From Marsupella aquatica (taxonomy: Eukaryota; Plantae; Marchantiophyta), in contig OZ316897.1 in assembly GCA_973895155.1 (NCBI GenBank), positions 10,563,832 through 10,627,831 of the forward strand: a stretch of 64,000 nt of DNA, in the 5' to 3' direction. The position numbers and the translations under genes were made by a program. Under the pieces are notes generated by a model, which saw nothing but the letters and a program-made list of their open reading frames with translations, ran no database searches and was not told the origin of the DNA. The number at the start of each line of letters is the position of its first letter. The first letter of the stretch is position 1. Shown here piece by piece: positions 60,681-64,000 of this stretch.

Positions 60681-63364
60681 GCTTTTATCCTTATATTCAA
60701 GTTATATTAACAAATGGATACATAGACCCTAAGCTATCTATTCCCAAGTCAGAGTGTGATGGAATCAAGGGGTGTGAGAAACAAACATTTCACCCCCTGC
60801 CCTCTCAACTACAGCTCAGAGTTCCCTTTTCTACGTTTATGGGTTTGAGTGACTTTGTTTCTATAACCTCAGTCATTATGAGATGCCCACCATTTTTTTG
60901 AAAGGGATTCACAATAGTTCAGTAGCTATACACTTGCCTACTAGAAAACTGGCATGTGGGTATAGAATTGGGCCAACACTTTGTAAAGGAATCTTAAGCG
61001 ATGGCCAGAAAGACACTTTGTAAAGGAATAAGGGATGACCAGAAAGACACTTTGAAAAGGTATAAATAATGACTAGAATGCACTTTGTAAAGGAATAAGC
61101 AGTGAGGCACAAGTACCAAGACACCCAAAGGAACCTAATTTATTCCAAACTATAAAAAATGAATGATTAAGTATTCTTCTCAAGATGTTAATCCTTTTGA
61201 GCCCGAACACTACTAGACAAACTATTTTAGTTTATTTTGGGGGATCATCACACTTTTAGGTATTTAAAAAAAATAAAATTCACATTTAGCTAGATAGGAC
61301 AGTCCTACTGTGAGCTTTTTTATTACCATTTGGGGAAGATTACCTTAAGTTGGAGCAACCCTATTATATATAAAACACTGCAAAAGAAAAAAAAATGTCA
61401 AACGGGAGAAAGGATACCGAAGGCAAAGCAACCCAATATATAGCATGCTCATCCTGGTATATGCTTGATTTTTGTCTTGCAGTAATTTGTAAGTAGCATA
61501 AAATATGAGAGTAGACCTATTGTATGAGTAGGATAAGATAATATAAGTAGAGCACATGCAAAGAAAAACACATAACAACCAATGAGAAGGACAGTCCAGT
61601 TCTATGGCACAAAGGTACTAAGATCTGTGCACTTATAAGAGGGCTGCCAAAATAAGTTCAAAATACTCTATTATCCAAAAATTAAGTAAAAATTTAGATA
61701 ACACAAGTGATGCCCCTTGATAAGGCACATTGAAATAAAATAACACTACATAACAAATCTAACTAAGACACAATCTGAAACGTGAATCACCATATAAAGG
61801 CCAAAGACCAAAACGAGGCCCAACATGCTAAGGGGTCCCCCATCAGCCAGAGAGAACAACCAACCAAAGATCCCAGTAGGTGGCTTAAATGTCATCAACC
61901 CCCTGGACCAACCAGCACCACCAGCTCTGCATCCTCCTCAGCAGCTCAATCTCGCCCCCACCCCCCCCTAACCCACAGCCTAGTAAGAGCCAATGGGTCA
62001 AAGGTAACAACCCTATTGATCGGGATGACACTTCCAAAATGTTTCCTTTCAGATGTCATGACAATCATTCATATCAAGTGACCAGTCGGCTCACCGGTCC
62101 ATTCTGGCTTTAGATCCAGTTGAGAGACAATTGTACTGTGCTCCTCTCAATCCTTCATGGACTACACTAGCTGGGTCACTTCCCAAACATGCTGATGAGT
62201 GTGCAATGTAATTTTGGCCAGAGAATTCATTACTAGTGTTGACTTCAGGCTGGAGAAAAGTGGACCAAACGTTTGGGATTCTCTCCGCATAGTAAAAAAA
62301 AATTGGATTCTCTCCCAATGGTCAATTGAAAAGTTTCATATTGTCTCTCCCAATGGACCTTTGGAACTCAATACACCCTCAAGTGACCTCCTCTACCACT
62401 TGGGCTTACCTTGAGGGGTCACTTCCACAAGTTTTGTCATGTAAGAACACATTAAGGGGAATTTTATTCATTTTAGGAAAGTACATAGAAGTAGCAAGGA
62501 AGTAAGGAGTAATCATTCAAAATTGCCACATGTCATCACACAATTTATCATTTGCCACATATTTGGTGGTTTTTTGAGCTTCCTATTCTTTTGAAAGGAG
62601 CTGGTTCAATAGGGGCCTTTGCACAGCATATACAAAAATCATATAAGGTGAATTCCTTGAGGGCTGACCATCTAGCCTGACATCACGTACTCTGGTTGGT
62701 TGTGTGTGGTAATATGGGAAAGCGTGCTTGTGTACGTAGTTCAGGAAGTTTATGACCAAATTGGAGCATGCAATCACCATATATAGCCCCTGGGCCTTGT
62801 TGTTAGTTTGAATACATAGTGCACATTGTCTACGCACTACAAACGTACAACTGATGATCACTTAATATGAGGTCTTGACACAAATTCTCAAAAACCTCGT
62901 CTGTATCCCTCCCATCCTTTGACACTCCCCCTCCTTGATGATTCCTCCCTCCCATCTCTCACCACTCCCCCTCCTCGACCATCCTTGCCTTGTTGAGTAA
63001 GCAATAGCTACTCAAAGACAACATGCACATGTGCAATGTCCAACAAACACATGAATGGTTGACACAAGAGATTCACCCAGGGCTTTACCTCACAAGAGGC
63101 TACATATATATGTAGAGGAACACACAAGGGAGCTTTATTGACCTCGATGCCCATCAACCATATGAAGTCTTCATAAACTTCATTTTTCCCTAGCTTTTAG
63201 ATGACTTTGTAACAATGAGCCTAAGTTCCACTCACAAGCTAAGTCTGACTAATGAATATTATAGTTGTAGTCACACATTTAATCTAAATCAAGTCCCTGG
63301 TTACGGTTAGACTAACTATGATTGCATAGTAACTCTAGACCCAAGGAGTCAATGGCTAACATTT

Positions 63365-64000
63365 CAATTTCCCCCTTGCCTCTTTTTTATGCAAGTGTAT
63401 CATTAGTCTGCTGGAGGTATTAATTGGAAAACTAAACAAGGTTTGCCATTTCTAACGAGAGTTTAACTAAAACTCACTTATCGCCTAAACAAGAATGAGT
63501 AAGCTCATAAATATATCAAATATTGCAAAACTATTAAGTTATCCTAGCTACCAAGCTAGCTACTTGTAACATCGTATAATCTGTGATGTGACACAATGTT
63601 GGGAAAGTAAAACTCTTCAAAGAAAGAACTTTCATATATAGGTGTAAATATATTGCATTGAATTTACCATCAATCGACTAGCTCAAATATTTTATCAAAC
63701 ATAACTATCTAATAAAGTAGTATCCTATGTCAACATGCTTCAATATATCACTCTGTGGTCCATCATGTAGTTCCCCGCGTAGTTTATAGAAAGATGTGAT
63801 TCACTTATATCCTAGATGAAGCTCAACATGCATACTCATCATTGAATACATTGGCTGTTCCAGCAACATTTGCAACATTTGCTGAAAAAGAGTCAATAAA
63901 CTTACCTGGAAAATACTTCTAGCTTCCCCTGGCTAAACTTGTCATATATATGTTTAGCAAAAAAAATAGATTTATGTCTTGGGACTTTCTAGATCTGAAA
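63365..64000 (-). mobile_element. Copia RNase H remnant and polypurine tract
   Basis: Minus-strand LKHVDIGYYFIR (~63705-63743) resembles the Copia KHIDIRYHFIR motif; PPT AAAAAAGAGGCAAGGGGGAAA|TTG at ~63365-63390. Confidence 0.6.

Overview
This is eukaryotic land-plant genomic DNA: GT-AG spliced genes, plant-type proteins and TE-rich intergenic DNA. A bryophyte or liverwort is my inference from the protein divergence; it is not proven. Host genes: the first exon of a MATE transporter (-), an intronless biotin synthase BIO2 (+) lying between decayed LRR-receptor remnants, a 3-exon TMEM41B/VTT-domain gene (-), a 7-exon mitochondrial thiamine-pyrophosphate carrier (+), GET3/ArsA ATPase (-), and two tandem intronless CYP85-clan (CYP707A-like) P450s (-), one intact and one pseudogenised. 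The most striking structure is a 10,247-bp hAT transposon (34706-44952, perfect 8-bp TSD CTCCCACT) inserted in the last codons of the P450 pseudogene. Besides a decayed BED/DDE transposase it carries a second, convergent ORF of unknown function, mirror-symmetric triplicated motifs upstream of both genes, a ~265-nt near-perfect hairpin, a 260-bp tandem array, and G-quadruplex-prone, telomere-like subterminal repeats. Several MITEs with TSDs, Copia LTR remnants and LINE-like remnants are also present.
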